DNA of 64,000 bases from Eledone cirrhosa (GCA_964016885.1 OZ024743.1:356624001-356688000); one strand, 5' to 3'. Counted from the stretch's first letter, positions 16,680-34,160 are shown. Made by a program: numbers and translations. The notes: a model not told the origin generated them from the letters alone.

Positions 16680-16956
16680 CATACATATATATATACATAC
16701 ATATATATATACATACATATATATATATATATACATACATATATATATACATACATATATATATATACATACATACATACATATATAAATATATACATAC
16801 ATATATATATACATACATATATATATATACATACATACATACATATATAAATATACATACATATATATATATATATACATACATATATATATATATATAC
16901 ATACATATATATATATATACATACATATATATATATATATACATACATATATATAT
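14980..16956. repeat. (TA)n/(TACA)n compound microsatellite
   Basis: Direct inspection. Confidence 0.97.
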
Positions 16957-17340
16957 GGTGGCTGCCAACTCGTTTTCGAGTACGGCCACTACTTTATATC
17001 CATGTAGGAGAACCCCTACCGATGCGCTGAACGAGTAGACAAGTGCAGAGAGATCTCCAGATATAAAGCAATGCCTGTGCCGTGAAGCTTTTATAGTGAG
17101 CAAAGGCACTGCACAAAGCCAGTCCCACTCTCTTAACCAAGATGATATTTACCAAAAAGAAGAACAAGTCAACATCATTGGATACCATCAGGGTTGCAGG
17201 TGTTATATCAGAGTTTTCCTTCTCCTAGAATTCTGCCTTGACAAAGGCTAAGGGGTCATCTCTCCCGGTGATTTTGGATGGCCATTGACTCTTAAGAGCT
17301 CCTTTGCCCTTTGACAGGTTTTGTTTTTAGTCCTGCAGGA
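16957..17340 (-). mobile_element. Short retroposon family A, copy 4 (internal deletion removes the zinc finger)
   Basis: Jumps from gaacgagt to gacaagtgcag at about 17037; otherwise matches copy 3. Confidence 0.75.
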
Positions 17341-17421
17341 CTATGTATATATATACATACATATATATATATACATACATATATATATATATACATACAT
17401 ATATATATATATATACATACA

Positions 17422-17459
<38 letters not shown>

Positions 17460-17656
17460 CATACATATATATATATATATATATACATACATATATATAC
17501 ATATATATATATATATACATATACATGGAAAGTTATATTTAAATTGTTGGGTTAACAACGAGTAAATATTTATAACTGATATAAAAGCACTCAACAAGTA
17601 TTTGGAGTATATTTATGATATTAAATAAATGGAAACTATATTTATAAAACCATATT

Positions 17657-17722
17657 TATTTCGTTATATATATTTCAGGGATATCATATTAACAATATGT
17701 TATGCCTTCTTCAGACAAAATA
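17657..17722 (-). ncRNA. Type-I hammerhead ribozyme motif (left arm)
   Basis: tattttgt-CTGAAGA-agg...cct-GAAA-tatata-TA-acgaaata. Confidence 0.6.
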
Positions 17723-17870
17723 CGATATAAACAGTCTTATAAATAAATAGATACGACATAACCTTTTAATCACCTTGCATTTGGCAGGTTGATTTGGCAG
17801 ATCAACCTCCCAAATGCAAGGTGATTGAAAGGTATGTCGTATCTATTTATTTATAGGACTGTTTATATTG

Positions 17871-17936
17871 TATTTTGTCTGAAGAAGGCATAACATATTG
17901 TTAATATGATATCCCTGAAATATATATGACAAAATA
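17871..17936 (+). ncRNA. Type-I hammerhead ribozyme motif (right arm; G at cleavage position)
   Basis: tattttgt-CTGAAGA-agg...cct-GAAA-tatata-TG-acaaaata. Confidence 0.5.
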
Positions 17937-17979
17937 AATATGGTTTTATAAATATAGTTTCCATTTATTTAATATCATA

Positions 17980-22070
<4,091 letters not shown>

Positions 22071-22270
22071 NNNNNNNNNNNNNNNNNNNNNNNNNNNNNN
22101 NNNNNNNNNNNNNNNNNNNNNNNNNNNNNNNNNNNNNNNNNNNNNNNNNNNNNNNNNNNNNNNNNNNNNNNNNNNNNNNNNNNNNNNNNNNNNNNNNNNN
22201 NNNNNNNNNNNNNNNNNNNNNNNNNNNNNNNNNNNNNNNNNNNNNNNNNNNNNNNNNNNNNNNNNNNNNN
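22071..22270. other. Assembly gap (200 N)
   Basis: Run of n. Confidence 1.
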
Positions 22271-22643
22271 ATATATATATATAATATATACATATATATA
22301 ATATATACATATAATATATACATACATAATATATACATACATATACATATATATAATATATACATATATATATAATATGTATACATATATATATAATATG
22401 TATACATATATATATAATATGTATACATATAATATACATACATATACATATAATATATACATACATATATATATAATATATACATACATATATATATAAT
22501 ATATACATACATATATATATAATATATACATACATATATATATAATATATACATACATATATATAATATATACATACATATATATATAATATATACATAC
22601 ATATATATATAATATATACATACATATATATATATATACATAC

Positions 22644-22696
<53 letters not shown>

Positions 22697-23340
22697 CATA
22701 TATATATAATATATACATATATATAATATATACATATATATAATATATACATATATATAATATATACATATATATAATATATACATATAATATATACATA
22801 TATATAATATATACATATATATATAATATATACATATATATATAATATATACATATATATAATATATATATATATATATATAATATATACATATATATAT
22901 AATATATACATATATATATAATATATACATATATATATAATATATACATATATATATAATATATACATATATATATAATATATACATATATATATAATAT
23001 ATACATATATATATAATATATACATATATATATAATATATACATATATAAATAATATATACATATATATATATAATATATACATATATATATAATATATA
23101 CATATATATATAATATATACATATATATAATATATACATATATATACATATATATATATAATATATACATATATATACATATATATATATAATATATACA
23201 TATATACATATATATATATAATATATACATATATATACATATATATACATATATATATATAATATATACATATATATACATATATATATATAATATACAT
23301 ATATATACATATATAATAGAGAATTATATATACATATATA
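22271..23340. repeat. TA-derived minisatellite (atataatatatacat units)
   Basis: Direct inspection. Confidence 0.92.
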
Positions 23341-23341
23341 A

Positions 23342-23715
23342 TGGAGGCAGATGGCTTAGTGGTTAGAGCATTGGCCTTGCAATGCGAGTTCAATTCTTGG
23401 ACTGGGTGATGTGTTGTTTCCTTGAGCAAGACACTTTATTTCACATTGCTCCAGTTTACTCTGCTGTAGAAATGAGATGATAGGACTAGGGTCCCTATCA
23501 TTCCACTGCAAAGTGGACGTGTAGGTGCCACGGAAGAAAAGAAAGCACCCACCACTCACTGTAAATGAGTTTGGTGTTAGGAAGGGCATCCAGCTGTAGA
23601 AAACCCGCCAGACAGTCCTATACGAACAAGTCAACCATTCTTGCCTCAAGTGGGAAAAGTCCCGTCCAAACCCATGCAAGTGTGGAAGATGGACGTTAAA
23701 CGATGATGATGATGA
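23342..23715 (+). mobile_element. tRNA-derived SINE family C, mosaic copy with RTE-2-type tail
   Basis: A box tggcttagtgg, B box gagttcaattc, CORE-like ccttgagcaag.cactt, (GAT)n tail. Confidence 0.88.
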
Positions 23716-24258
23716 TATACAAATACATATATACATATAATATATATATATATATATACACATATATATATATATATACATATATATATACAACATATAC
23801 ATATGTATATATAGTATATACATATATATATACAATATATACATGTGTATATATAATATATACATATATATATACAATATATACATGTGTATATATAATA
23901 TATACATATATATATACAATATATACATGTGTATATATAATATATACATATATATATACAATATATACATGTGTATATATAATATATACATATATATATA
24001 CAATATATACATGTGTATATATAATATATACATATATATATACAATATATACATGTGTATATATAATATATACATATATATATACAATATATACATATAT
24101 ATATACAATATATACATGTGTATATATAATATATACATATATATATACAATATATACATGTGTATATATAATATATACATATATATACATATATAATATA
24201 TACATATATATATATAATATATATAATATATATATATATATAATATATATATATAATA
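23716..24258. repeat. TA-derived 42-bp minisatellite
   Basis: Unit tacaatatatacatgtgtatatataatatatacatatatata; 14-aa periodicity in the ORF track. Confidence 0.9.
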
Positions 24259-25316
24259 TCCATTCTCTGCCCCAAATGCAAACAATGGCTACACAAGAGA
24301 TGTAGCGGGATCTCAGGAAGCTTAATTAAGAATGTAGGATTCACATGCAGCAGCTGTGCTGAAACAGCAAGTAAATAGCCACAGGAAACAAGTACCACCA
24401 ATCTCTGGGAGGGCCCTGTAGAAACAGTAGACAGCTTCTGCTACCTAGGTGACCAAATTAGCAACGGAGGTGGGTGCTCAGAAAGTACAATAACTAGGGT
24501 AAGAACGGGATGGAAGAAGTTTAGGGAACTACTACCACTGCTAGCTGCAAAAGGCTTCTCCCTCAGAATGAAAGGCAGACTGTATGATGCGTGTATCCGA
24601 ACAGCGATGTTGCATGGTAGTGAGACCTGGGCGCTGAAGGTGGAAGACTTACGTAGATTAGAGAGAAACGAAGCCTGCATGCTCCGATGGATGTGTAACA
24701 GTAATATACGTGAACGACAAAGCATAAAGGAATTGAGAGAGAGACTGAGCATAAGAGGAATCAAATGCTGCGTGCAGGAGAGGCGGTTACGCTGGTATGG
24801 ACATGTGATGCGTATGAAGGATGACAGCTGCATAAAAAGGTGCAGAGCACTAGAAGTTGATGGAAACTGCGGAGTGGGGAGACCCAAGATGACTTGGGAT
24901 GAGGTGATAAAAGCCGACCTTACCCAACTACACCTCTCAAAGTCAATGACACACGACCGTGTCTTCTGGCGTCACGCAGTAATACAGGGTACCCGACCTC
25001 CCATGGGTACATGCTGAAGCATATAAACAATATGCCCCCCCCCCCCACCGCAAGGTGGTCGTCGGGGTGCCACAGCAAAAAAGCACCCAGCCCACACTGT
25101 AAAGTGGACGTGTAGGCGCCACGAAAAAGCACCCAGCACTCACTGTAAATGAGGTTGGTGTTAGGAAGGGCATCCAGCTGTAGAAATCAAGCCAGATCAG
25201 TTCCTGTATGAGCAAGGCATGGTCAGCCGACCAGACACTGCCCACAACAGGACAACCCGTCTAACCCATGCTAGCGTTGAAGAATGGACGTAAAACGGTG
25301 ATGATGATGATGATGA
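24259..25316 (+). mobile_element. RTE-1 3' fragment, near-identical to 10399-11470
   Basis: ORF 24568-25017 matches the C-terminus of 10711-12828; stop near 24378; (GAT)n tail. Confidence 0.92.
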
Positions 25317-25603
25317 ATATATATATATAATATATACATATATAATATATACATACATATATAATATATACATATAATGTATACATATATATATAATATA
25401 TACATATATATATAATATATACATATATATATAATATATACATATATATATAATATATACATATATATACATATAATATATACATATAATATATAAATAC
25501 ATATACATATAATATACACATATATATATAATATATATATAATATATACATATATAATATATACATATATATATATAATATATAATTATATATACATATA
25601 TAA

Positions 25604-25930
25604 TGGAGGCACATGGCTTAGTGGTTAGAGCATTGGCCTTGCAATGTGAGTTCAATTCTCTGACTGGGTGATGTGTTGTTTCCTTGAGCAAGGCTCTTTA
25701 TTTCACATTGCTCCAGTTTACTCAGCTGTAGAAATGAGATGATAGGACTGGGGTCCCTATCATTCCACTGCAAAGTGGTCGTGGAGGTGCCACGGCAAAA
25801 AAGCACCCAGCACTCACTGTAAATGAGGTTGGTGTTAGGAAGGGCATCTAGCTGTAGAAATCAAGCCAGAATCAGTTCCCGTCCCACCCTTGCAAGCAGG
25901 GAAAAGCAGACGTAAAATGATGATGATGAT
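25604..25930 (+). mobile_element. SINE family C, C1 tail
   Basis: A/B boxes, shared body, tail gaaatcaagccagaatcagttccc...(GAT)n. Confidence 0.88.
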
Positions 25931-25931
25931 G

Positions 25932-25965
<34 letters not shown>

Positions 25966-26081
25966 TATAAATGTGGTTGGTGTTATGAAGGGCATCCAGC
26001 CATAGAGAAACAGTCGTTTATTATATATATATATGTATATATATATATCTGTATATATTATATGTATATATGTATCTGTAT

Positions 26082-26459
26082 ATCATCATCATCGTTTAAC
26101 GTCCATCTTCCACACTTGCATGGGTTTGGACGGGACTTTTCCCACTTGAGGCAAGATTGGTTGACTTGCTCGTATAGGACTGTCTGGCGGGTTTTCTACG
26201 GCTGGATGCCCTTCCTAACACCAAACTCATTTACAGTGAGTGGTGGGTGCTTTTTTTTCTTCCGTGGCACCTACACGTCCACTTTGCAGTGGAATGATAG
26301 GGACCCTAGTCCTATCATCTCATTTCTACAGCAGAGTAAACTGGAGCAATGTGAAATAAAGTGCCTTGCTCAAGGAAACAACACATCACCCGGTCTGAGA
26401 ATTGAACTCACAACCTTTCGATTACAAGGCCAATGCTCTAACCACTAAGCCATGTGCCT

Positions 26460-26462
<3 letters not shown>
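26082..26462 (-). mobile_element. SINE family C, RTE-2-type tail
   Basis: Full head on the minus strand; tail homologous to the RTE-2 3' end. Confidence 0.88.
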
Positions 26463-26519
<57 letters not shown>

Positions 26520-26575
26520 GTGTGTGTGTGTGTGAGTGTGAGTGTGAGTGTGAGTGTGAGTGTGTGTGTGTGTGT

Positions 26576-26608
<33 letters not shown>

Positions 26609-26620
26609 TCAGTGTGTGTC
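26463..26620. repeat. (TA)n/(TG)n/(TGAGTG)n microsatellite
   Basis: Direct inspection. Confidence 0.92.
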
Positions 26621-27040
26621 ATGGCACCTCAAAAGAACAGTGGGGTAAATACATAAGACATGAACGTTTGAAACAAACAAAAAGTGAAAAGTCTGTGAAA
26701 AATGAAGACAGATGGTCAAGAATATATTTGCACAAAAATAAGAACAAATGTGTGTACAGTAAAAAATATTCTTGCTAAAAAGAAAGTGAAAAAGAGATCT
26801 AGAGATTTGATGTTTTGGGTGGAACAGCTTCTACAGGACTATTTTGTTCAAAAGAAATCATCAGGAAATGATGATTTCTTTTGAATGAAACAGTTTTAGT
26901 CCCATAGAAGCCAATTCTATATTAAACATGATGTTTACACTCTACCAATGTATTACTAAGTGTGGTTACACCTGATTGAACCCGTGTCCAATATATATAT
27001 ATATGAATAAATTAGGATGACAGTTTGAAACTGGTTCAAC

Positions 27041-27197
27041 CAGAGTACTCGATACTTGGGGTGATAGAGTATGGTTATATTATAAAGAGTTGGGGCCCCA
27101 ATGCCTGAGCTCTTGCCATTTCAACAGAGCTAGTTCCAGACTCAGAATCTGAAATAGCAACAGCTCAGCCGTCAGGGTCCCAACTCTTTATAATATA
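27041..27197. mobile_element. Fold-back element, related to 48226-48345
   Basis: Inverted arms tatattataaagagttggg / cccaactctttataatata; gaaatagcaacagctcagccgtcagggtc resembles 48272-48300. Confidence 0.55.
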
Positions 27198-27949
27198 TAT
27201 ATATATATATATACCACTCAAAACATCATAATATATAACTTTCTGGTGTCAGTGAACTAACAAATCAAAATAATAGAGAAGATTATTTAGACATGCCAGT
27301 AACAAGACAACCTAGCTTGTGCTGGTGCCACAATAAAAGGCAGGACTATGAGACAGGTAAATGGGGGCGGCAATGAAAATTCTTTTCTGGGTTCAGTGCC
27401 ACTATGTCTCTTCCTCCATTTACTATTGTTCTCAAAACCAATCCTAATCCTGAGTTCATTCTCTTGAAGGAGACAGATTGGTAAATGGCACACCACAACA
27501 ACACCTTGCAATCAAAGGTTAGAGTAGACCACTGGTGATGGTTGATGCACCAGGCACCTACAGATTTCTTTACAAAGCCCTACCACTTTTTCATTGCCCC
27601 TCTCCTACGGTGTCCAGTTCAGTGAGGATACTGAACCATGGGGTACATGTACTTTGCCTTGTTACCAATCACAGACAAAGAAAAGAAGTCTCAAAGTTTA
27701 GTGCGTAATGCTAAGGAACCCCCCCCCCCCCTGTCATTCTTCTAAATCTTTGATGGAATTCCCCTAAATCCTGCTGTCTTTCCTTCATTCAGCTATTCAA
27801 TGACATTCAGTCCTATCTAGAGGGGGGAATCCAGTCAAATTCTGGCTATTATGGGATCTATTTAACTATGTGGGTAACACTGAAGAGAATCAGAACTGTT
27901 CAGACCACCAGTTGAGGGTAGATCCCCCATCTGAGAAAAACACTTTCAT

Positions 27950-28061
27950 TTATTTTGAGAACAATTCCTTAACACAAGTATGAGTGGCCAGTTATGGCCG
28001 GTTTGAACAGAAAGAGGTGAAAGAATTCTGGCTGGATATGGCCAGTTTAAATGCTAAAGGG
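27950..28061. mobile_element. Partial TTAA-type MITE
   Basis: Matches the right half of 28602-28803, ending gctaaaggg-TTAA. Confidence 0.7.
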
Positions 28062-28601
28062 TTAAAGACAATGAAATTCCTGATTACAAGTCCAAGCCAG
28101 AAAGGCATTCTTCAATTTGGCTCACCGAGCTAGCAAAGGATGTAGCCAGTGCCATATTCATGATGAAAGATGCCATTCTCATAAAGTGAACTTTATTGAG
28201 AACAGTACTATCAATATTCTGTCATGAATGTTCATAAGAAACTAAGATGGCACATCGTTCTGGGTAACCACTGTTTTGATTTACCAACATTTGAGCTTTC
28301 ATCTTTGTACACCTTCTGAGGCAGTTGTATATCTTTTCTATATTTGAGGATACCCGTTTACTGAAGCTAGCCAACTAAGGGAAACAGAAATGAGCTTTGG
28401 CTAGGCTACCTTTTCAATGTGCTTTTTGTATGGAGCAATGAGTGCTATCCTTACAAAAGGCTGCTTCAGTGATGTTATCCCCAGGGTGATCATTAAGTGA
28501 TTTATACACCTGAGACATTTGCATGCAGGATCAAAACAGTGACTGGCAGTGTTATCTTCCACCTGTTGTTTTCGCTTCTTTCCTCTCAATGTATAGCTTA
28601 A

Positions 28602-28803
28602 CCCTTTAGCATTTACATTATATATACTATTGCATTTTTGTGGTAAGGCTTTACCTCACATAATATTGAGTCTATGGAATTTTGATATCAATAATTTTGA
28701 TAACAATACCTTAACATCAGTATGAGTGGCTAGTTACAGCCAGTTTGAACAGTAAAAGGTGAGAGATTTCTGGATGGATATTGCCGGTTTAAATGCTAAA
28801 GGG
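28602..28803. mobile_element. piggyBac-type MITE
   Basis: TTAA-ccctttagcattta ... taaatgctaaaggg-TTAA. Confidence 0.82.
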
Positions 28804-29036
28804 TTAATGAATGGTTAGAGAGGATGATCATAGGGGTAAGCATCTCCTTCAGCCTGTCTACCAGAATTTTCAGGTGAAGTACAATATCCACTGTACTGAT
28901 ACCATCCATTACATCCTGGCATAATCTAAGCCAGAATGATGAAGGCATAATTCTCGAGTCAAAGAAGTTACGTCAGAGTGTCCTTCCCCCAGATCAAAGC
29001 TTCCCAGATTTTTCACATTAACAATATATTTTTTAA

Positions 29037-29276
29037 CCCTTTCAATGTCCATATTTCTCATGAAGTAAATTGAATTTGTTTCAATTTATTTTGAAAAGAA
29101 TGAAGAATTTGGAGTATCTTAATAAAACAATATTTTCATTAAGTAGGTGTTAAAAACGACAGCAGAATTCTTACAAAAAATTATGACAGAAGGTTTTAAA
29201 TTAGATATGAACATTTTTTAAATGTAGTTTGATCACAGAACCATAGGTGATTTCAGGCAGGTTGGTATTGAAAGGG
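29037..29276. mobile_element. piggyBac-type MITE, second family
   Basis: TTAA-ccctttcaat ... attgaaaggg-TTAA. Confidence 0.78.
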
Positions 29277-29597
29277 TTAAAAATAAAAAATATATATTTA
29301 TGAAACAGTGATTAAGTTTTGTTTGCAATAAAAAAGAAAATGAATGAAATTTAACAATAAACAATCAAATATTACATTATTATCAGATCTTAAATATACT
29401 CAACATCCAAATATTCTTAACAATTGATCAGATTTGACTTAATTTCACAACACATCACAAGATCATCATCTTAATTAATTACCAACATGAGAACTAATTA
29501 TATGAAAATTAGTAGGTCCATTTCAGAATAATACTAAGAATGAATTGGTATATAAGCCCATCATATACATGTTTCCTTGTGGTTGTTTAGATGATAT

Positions 29598-29646
29598 GCA
29601 CCTTCTGATGAGGGCTAATTTGGTCCAAAAATCTATTGAAGGTGTT
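29598..29646 (+). ncRNA. Degenerate hammerhead motif
   Basis: gcacctt-CTGATGA-gggc..gtcc-AAAA (GAAA mutated)..aaggtgt. Confidence 0.4.
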
Positions 29647-29889
29647 TATCATTTTTTTTCAATTTAGAGGAAATTTTTTCTTTTTTTTTGGCATGTTTTA
29701 CATACCTACATATTTATATATACATTGGTGCAGTCTCAGTTACCCACGCTGTATACAGATATAACTTTATACATATATTCATCTGTCCATCACCACATGC
29801 CTCTCCTTCTTCATAACATTTATACAGCTACCACTGCTCCCACTATCATACTCTCACTCACCCTCACTTATGACTGTATTGCCAAAGTT

Positions 29890-30862
29890 ACAATGACGTC
29901 TTTAGTGTTGGTGCCATGAGAAAATGCACCAAGTACTATCTGAAAAATGGTAGTGTCAGTACGACAAAAAAGAAAAAAAGAATACAGCCGGTACATTCAG
30001 TAAAGGGGTAGTGCTGGTGCCATGATGAAATGCAATCAGACCATGACAACCCATGCAACCCATCCCAGTACAGAAAGTTGTAAAATGATGATGATGATAT
30101 TATTATTATTATCATCATTGTCGTTTTAATGTCCGATTTCCCTGCTAGCAAGGGTTAGACGGGTCTACATAGACCAAGTCAGTAACAGAGCAGGAATCTG
30201 TTGTCTCGTTTATGTACAGTCTCACATTCTACCGAGTGCAGGCTAGAAGTTGTCATGTCTTTGACACAACTGAGGGTCCTCCAAACGCTTTGTTTGGCAA
30301 GCATTCTTCGACTGGATGCCCTTCCTATAACTAACCACTTTACAGTGTATATATATATATATATATATATGACAAAAGAGCACAAGTTCTCTCTGTTAGG
30401 TAACCTGACAAAAGAGCACCAAGGTAGTCATGCTGGTAACATGACAAGTAACCAGTCCACCCTGTCAGGTGATCATATTGGGGACATGACAGGAGGCACC
30501 CTGCCCACTCTGTAAAGTGGTCACATTGGTGGCATGACAAAGAGCACCCAGTCTGCCCTGTAAGGTGGTTCTGGTCATGATGGTGACATGACAAAAATGC
30601 CCCAGCCCACACTGTAGGGTGGTCATGCTAGCAATATGCCATGACAATAAATATCCAGCAAACTCTGTGAAGTGGTCATGATGGCGACATGACAAAAGCA
30701 TCCAAAGCAGATTGCAAAGTGCTTGTTTTGGTGTTACGACAAAAAGCACCCAGTACACACGGTAAATAAGATTGGTGTTAGGAAGGGCATCCAGCTGTAG
30801 AAACAGTTCTGTGAGCAAGACAATCCATGCTAGTGTGAAAAATGGATGTTAACTGATGATAA
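29890..30862. mobile_element. Old RTE 3'-UTR/SINE tail fragments, including an array of about 40-bp modules
   Basis: Repeated gacaaaagagcacccag..ctgtaaagtggtcatg units at 30370-30770, then tggtgttaggaagggcatccagctgtagaaa; an opposite-strand tail at 30115-30345. Confidence 0.7.
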
Positions 30863-30984
30863 TCATATATATATACATTAATCATAGAAGTCAGTAAGGA
30901 AGTGACATCATTTATTAACTTCTACATGTTTCTACAACAGGTTGTATAATATTATTTTGCATAATTATGATTAGATATATATAT

Positions 30985-32265
30985 CTTCATCCTCGTTTAA
31001 CGTCTATTTTCCACGTTAGCATGGGTCAGATGGGTTGTCCAATTTGAGGTATGTCAGGTCAAGTGACCATGTCTTGCTCATACAGAACCGTTTCTGGCTT
31101 GGTTTCTACGGATTGACGCCCTTCCTAATGCCAACTACATTTACAATAAGTACTGGCTGCTTTTTGTTGTGACACCTACACAAACCACATTTACCGAGTG
31201 TGCTGTGTGCTTTTTATCGTGACACCTACACGACCACTTTACTGTGTGGACTGGGCATTTTTTGCCATGGCACCAAAATGACCGCTTTGCAGTGAGCAGG
31301 GTGCTGTTTGTCATCAAAACAACCATTTTACAGTGTGGACTAAGGACTGGCGCGGGTGGGTGTAAATGCATAGAAGTGTAGGGTCATTAGGATGTGGGTA
31401 GAGTGTTAGGGCATGAGAGATGTATGGAAGGTGGAGGGAGGATAGGGGTTAAGTGGGGCATATATATGTATGCTTCAACCGCTGCACATGGGAAAGAAGG
31501 TCTTTTGTATTTCAGCATAATGCAAAAGCTCTTGATCCTGTGTCATCGCCTTTGAGAGGCGCAATTGTGTAAGGTCAGCTTTTATTAACTCATCCCAGGT
31601 CTTCATACTATATAGCTTCCATCAACTTTGAATGCCCTGCACCTTTTTATACAACACCCATCCTTCATATGCATCACATAACCATACCAACACAATCTCC
31701 TCTCTTGCACCTTGCATCTGATCCCTCATATGCCTAGTTTCTCTTTCAGTTCATATATGCATTGCCATTCATGTTTATTACTATAACACATCCACTGGAG
31801 CATGCAGGCTTCATTTCTTTCCGATCTTCGTAGCTCCTCCACACATAGTGCCTAGGTCTCATCACCATGCAATATTGCTGTTTGTATACATGCATCATAC
31901 AATCTGCCCTATATTTTGAGGTAAAATCTTTTGTAGCTAGTAGTGGCATACCTCCCTGAACTTTCTCCATTCCGTTCTTAATCTGGTTTACTGTACTTTT
32001 GGAACACCCTCAACTACTGCTAATTTGGTCAACTCGGTAACAGAAACTGTTGACTATTTCTACAAAGCCCTCTGGGTATTTGAAGGAGCTATTATCCTGT
32101 GGGCTCTTGCTACTTACTGCACCTGTGCATCGGCCACATATCAAACCTACATTTTTTGATAGCCTGCCTGTGATCTCACTACATCTTTTGTGTACCCATA
32201 TCTTGGAATTTCATCCTACTCCTTTCCTGCACACTGAGCAAGGCAATTTCCCTGAGGGAACATAC
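30985..32265 (-). mobile_element. Diverged RTE 3' fragment (RTE-3), pseudogenised
   Basis: Frameshifted homology to the RTE-1/2 C-terminus ([25 protein letters not shown]-like) plus modular 3' UTR. Confidence 0.8.
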
Positions 32266-32466
32266 ATGTACATATAATGAGCTTATATATATATATAATA
32301 TATTAAAACAGAAGTGTCATTGTTGAACAAATATTACTCAATACAAAATGTCTACAGGGTGAAAATGTCTCTCATATATCATCACTGCTTTTATATATGC
32401 ACTTTCATACATATACACACTTACACACACACACATATGGGACGTTTAGCCCTAGGAAGGGAAAAT

Positions 32467-32549
32467 GCTTCTCTGATGAGCTTTGGTTTTCCATCATGAA
32501 TCCATCGGATTTATGAGGTTTTACAAAGCGAAACTGATCAGTAAGGGCC
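32467..32549 (+). ncRNA. Type-I hammerhead ribozyme motif
   Basis: CTGATGA-GCTTTG...CAAAGC-GAAAC-TGATCA-GTA; intact core, palindromic stem III, weak stem I. Confidence 0.7.
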
Positions 32550-32628
32550 ACTAGAAGAGGTAAATATTTATATTATATTTTTTAATGTATTTTGAAAAAT
32601 TGATTGAATTTTACTTGTTCTGCTTATC

Positions 32629-32667
<39 letters not shown>

Positions 32668-32670
<3 letters not shown>

Positions 32671-34160
32671 AATTAACAACGAATATAGTGAAGAGTTTAG
32701 CGTAAAAGTTGGCGTCCATCAGGGCTCTGTTCTCAGCCCACTACTATTTATTATTGCCCTTCAGGCTATAACAGAGGAGTTCAAGACAGGCTGCCCATGG
32801 GAACTCCTATACGCAGACGACCTGACACTCATAGCGGAATCAATGGCCGAGCTAGAGAAGAAATTCCAAACATGGAAGCACGGCCTAGAGTCAAAAGGAC
32901 TTAAAATTAACCTGGCTAAGACCAAAGTTCTAGTTTGTAGGAAAGAAAACAAGGCAGCGGTCCCTTCTGGGAAATGGTCGTGCTTGGTGTGTAGGAAAGG
33001 CGTAGGTAGAAACTCCATTTTATGTCCTAAATGCAAAGTATGGGTGCACAAAAGATGTAGTGGGATCACAGGTAAGCTAACTAAGAACATAGATTTTACA
33101 TGTGGCCGATGTTCTGGTGCAATAAGTAGCAGCAAGTGCCCACAAAATACTAGCTCTTTCAATTGCGCAGAGGGTTCTATAGAAATAGTGGACAGCTTCC
33201 GTTACCTGGGCGATAAAATCAGCAGTGGGGGAGGGTGCTCTGAAAGTACTGTAGCTAGAGTCAGAACTGGTTGGAAAAAGTTCAGAGAGCTTATACCACT
33301 ATTAGCTGTTAAAGGGTTCTCCCTAAAAATGAAAGGCAGGTTGTACGATGCCTGCATACGAACAGCAATGCTGCATGGCAGTGAGACCTGGGCATTGTGT
33401 GCAGAGTATATACGCAGACTAGAGAGGAACGAAGCTTGCATGCTCCGCTGGATGTGTAACAGTAATATACGTGAACGGCAAAGCATAAACGAACTAAGGA
33501 AAAAATTAGAGATAAGAGGGATCAGATGTTGTTTACTCGAGAGAAGGCTACGTTGGTATGGACACGTGATGCGCATGAAAGTCGATAGCTGTATAACAAA
33601 GTGCAGGGCAATAAAGATAGACGGTAGTCACGGAATAGGCAGACCTAGAAAAACCTGGGACGAGCTGATAAACTCCGACATCACACACTTACACCTCTCC
33701 AAGACAATGTCACTGGACCGAGACCTTTGGCGGTACTCAGTAACAGAGAAGACCCGCCTTACCTAAATATATAGTAAAACCTACTCCAGCCAGTAGGCAT
33801 CTCTAACAAAATACACCCCGTCCCACCACCCCCACCCCCACCCCATCCACACCACCCTGTTCTATGTAAAGTTATGTTGGTGCCGCGCCATCTAGGCCGA
33901 AACAAATGAGATCGTGTAGGTGTCACGACAAAAAAAACACACAGTCCACGCTGTAATGTGGCCGTGTAGGCAACATGGTAAAAACCTCCCAGACCCACAC
34001 TGTAAATGTGGTTGGTGTTAGGAAGGGCATCCAACTGTAGAAAACCTGCCAGACAGTCCTATGCGAGCAAGACAATCACTCTTGCCTCAAGTGGGACTAC
34101 CCCCGTCCAAACCCATGCAAGCGTGGAACACAGACGTTAAACGTTGATGATGATGATGAT
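32668..34160 (+). mobile_element. RTE-2 LINE 3' part, 5'-truncated
   Basis: [18 protein letters not shown] and ORF 32843-33766 clearly homologous to RTE-1; (GAT)n tail. Confidence 0.92.

Larger units (their letters stand above)
17614..17979. repeat. About 365-bp near-perfect palindrome (fold-back, Penelope-type terminal repeat)
   Basis: Arms of about 180 bp; centre aggttgatttggcagatcaacct. Confidence 0.92.

Noticed and set aside
27290-27900. Possible old LINE fragment
   Set aside because: No translatable diagnostic motif recoverable by eye
30370-30770. CRISPR-like periodic array
   Set aside because: Degenerate tandem units without unique spacers, no cas genes, eukaryotic retroposon context
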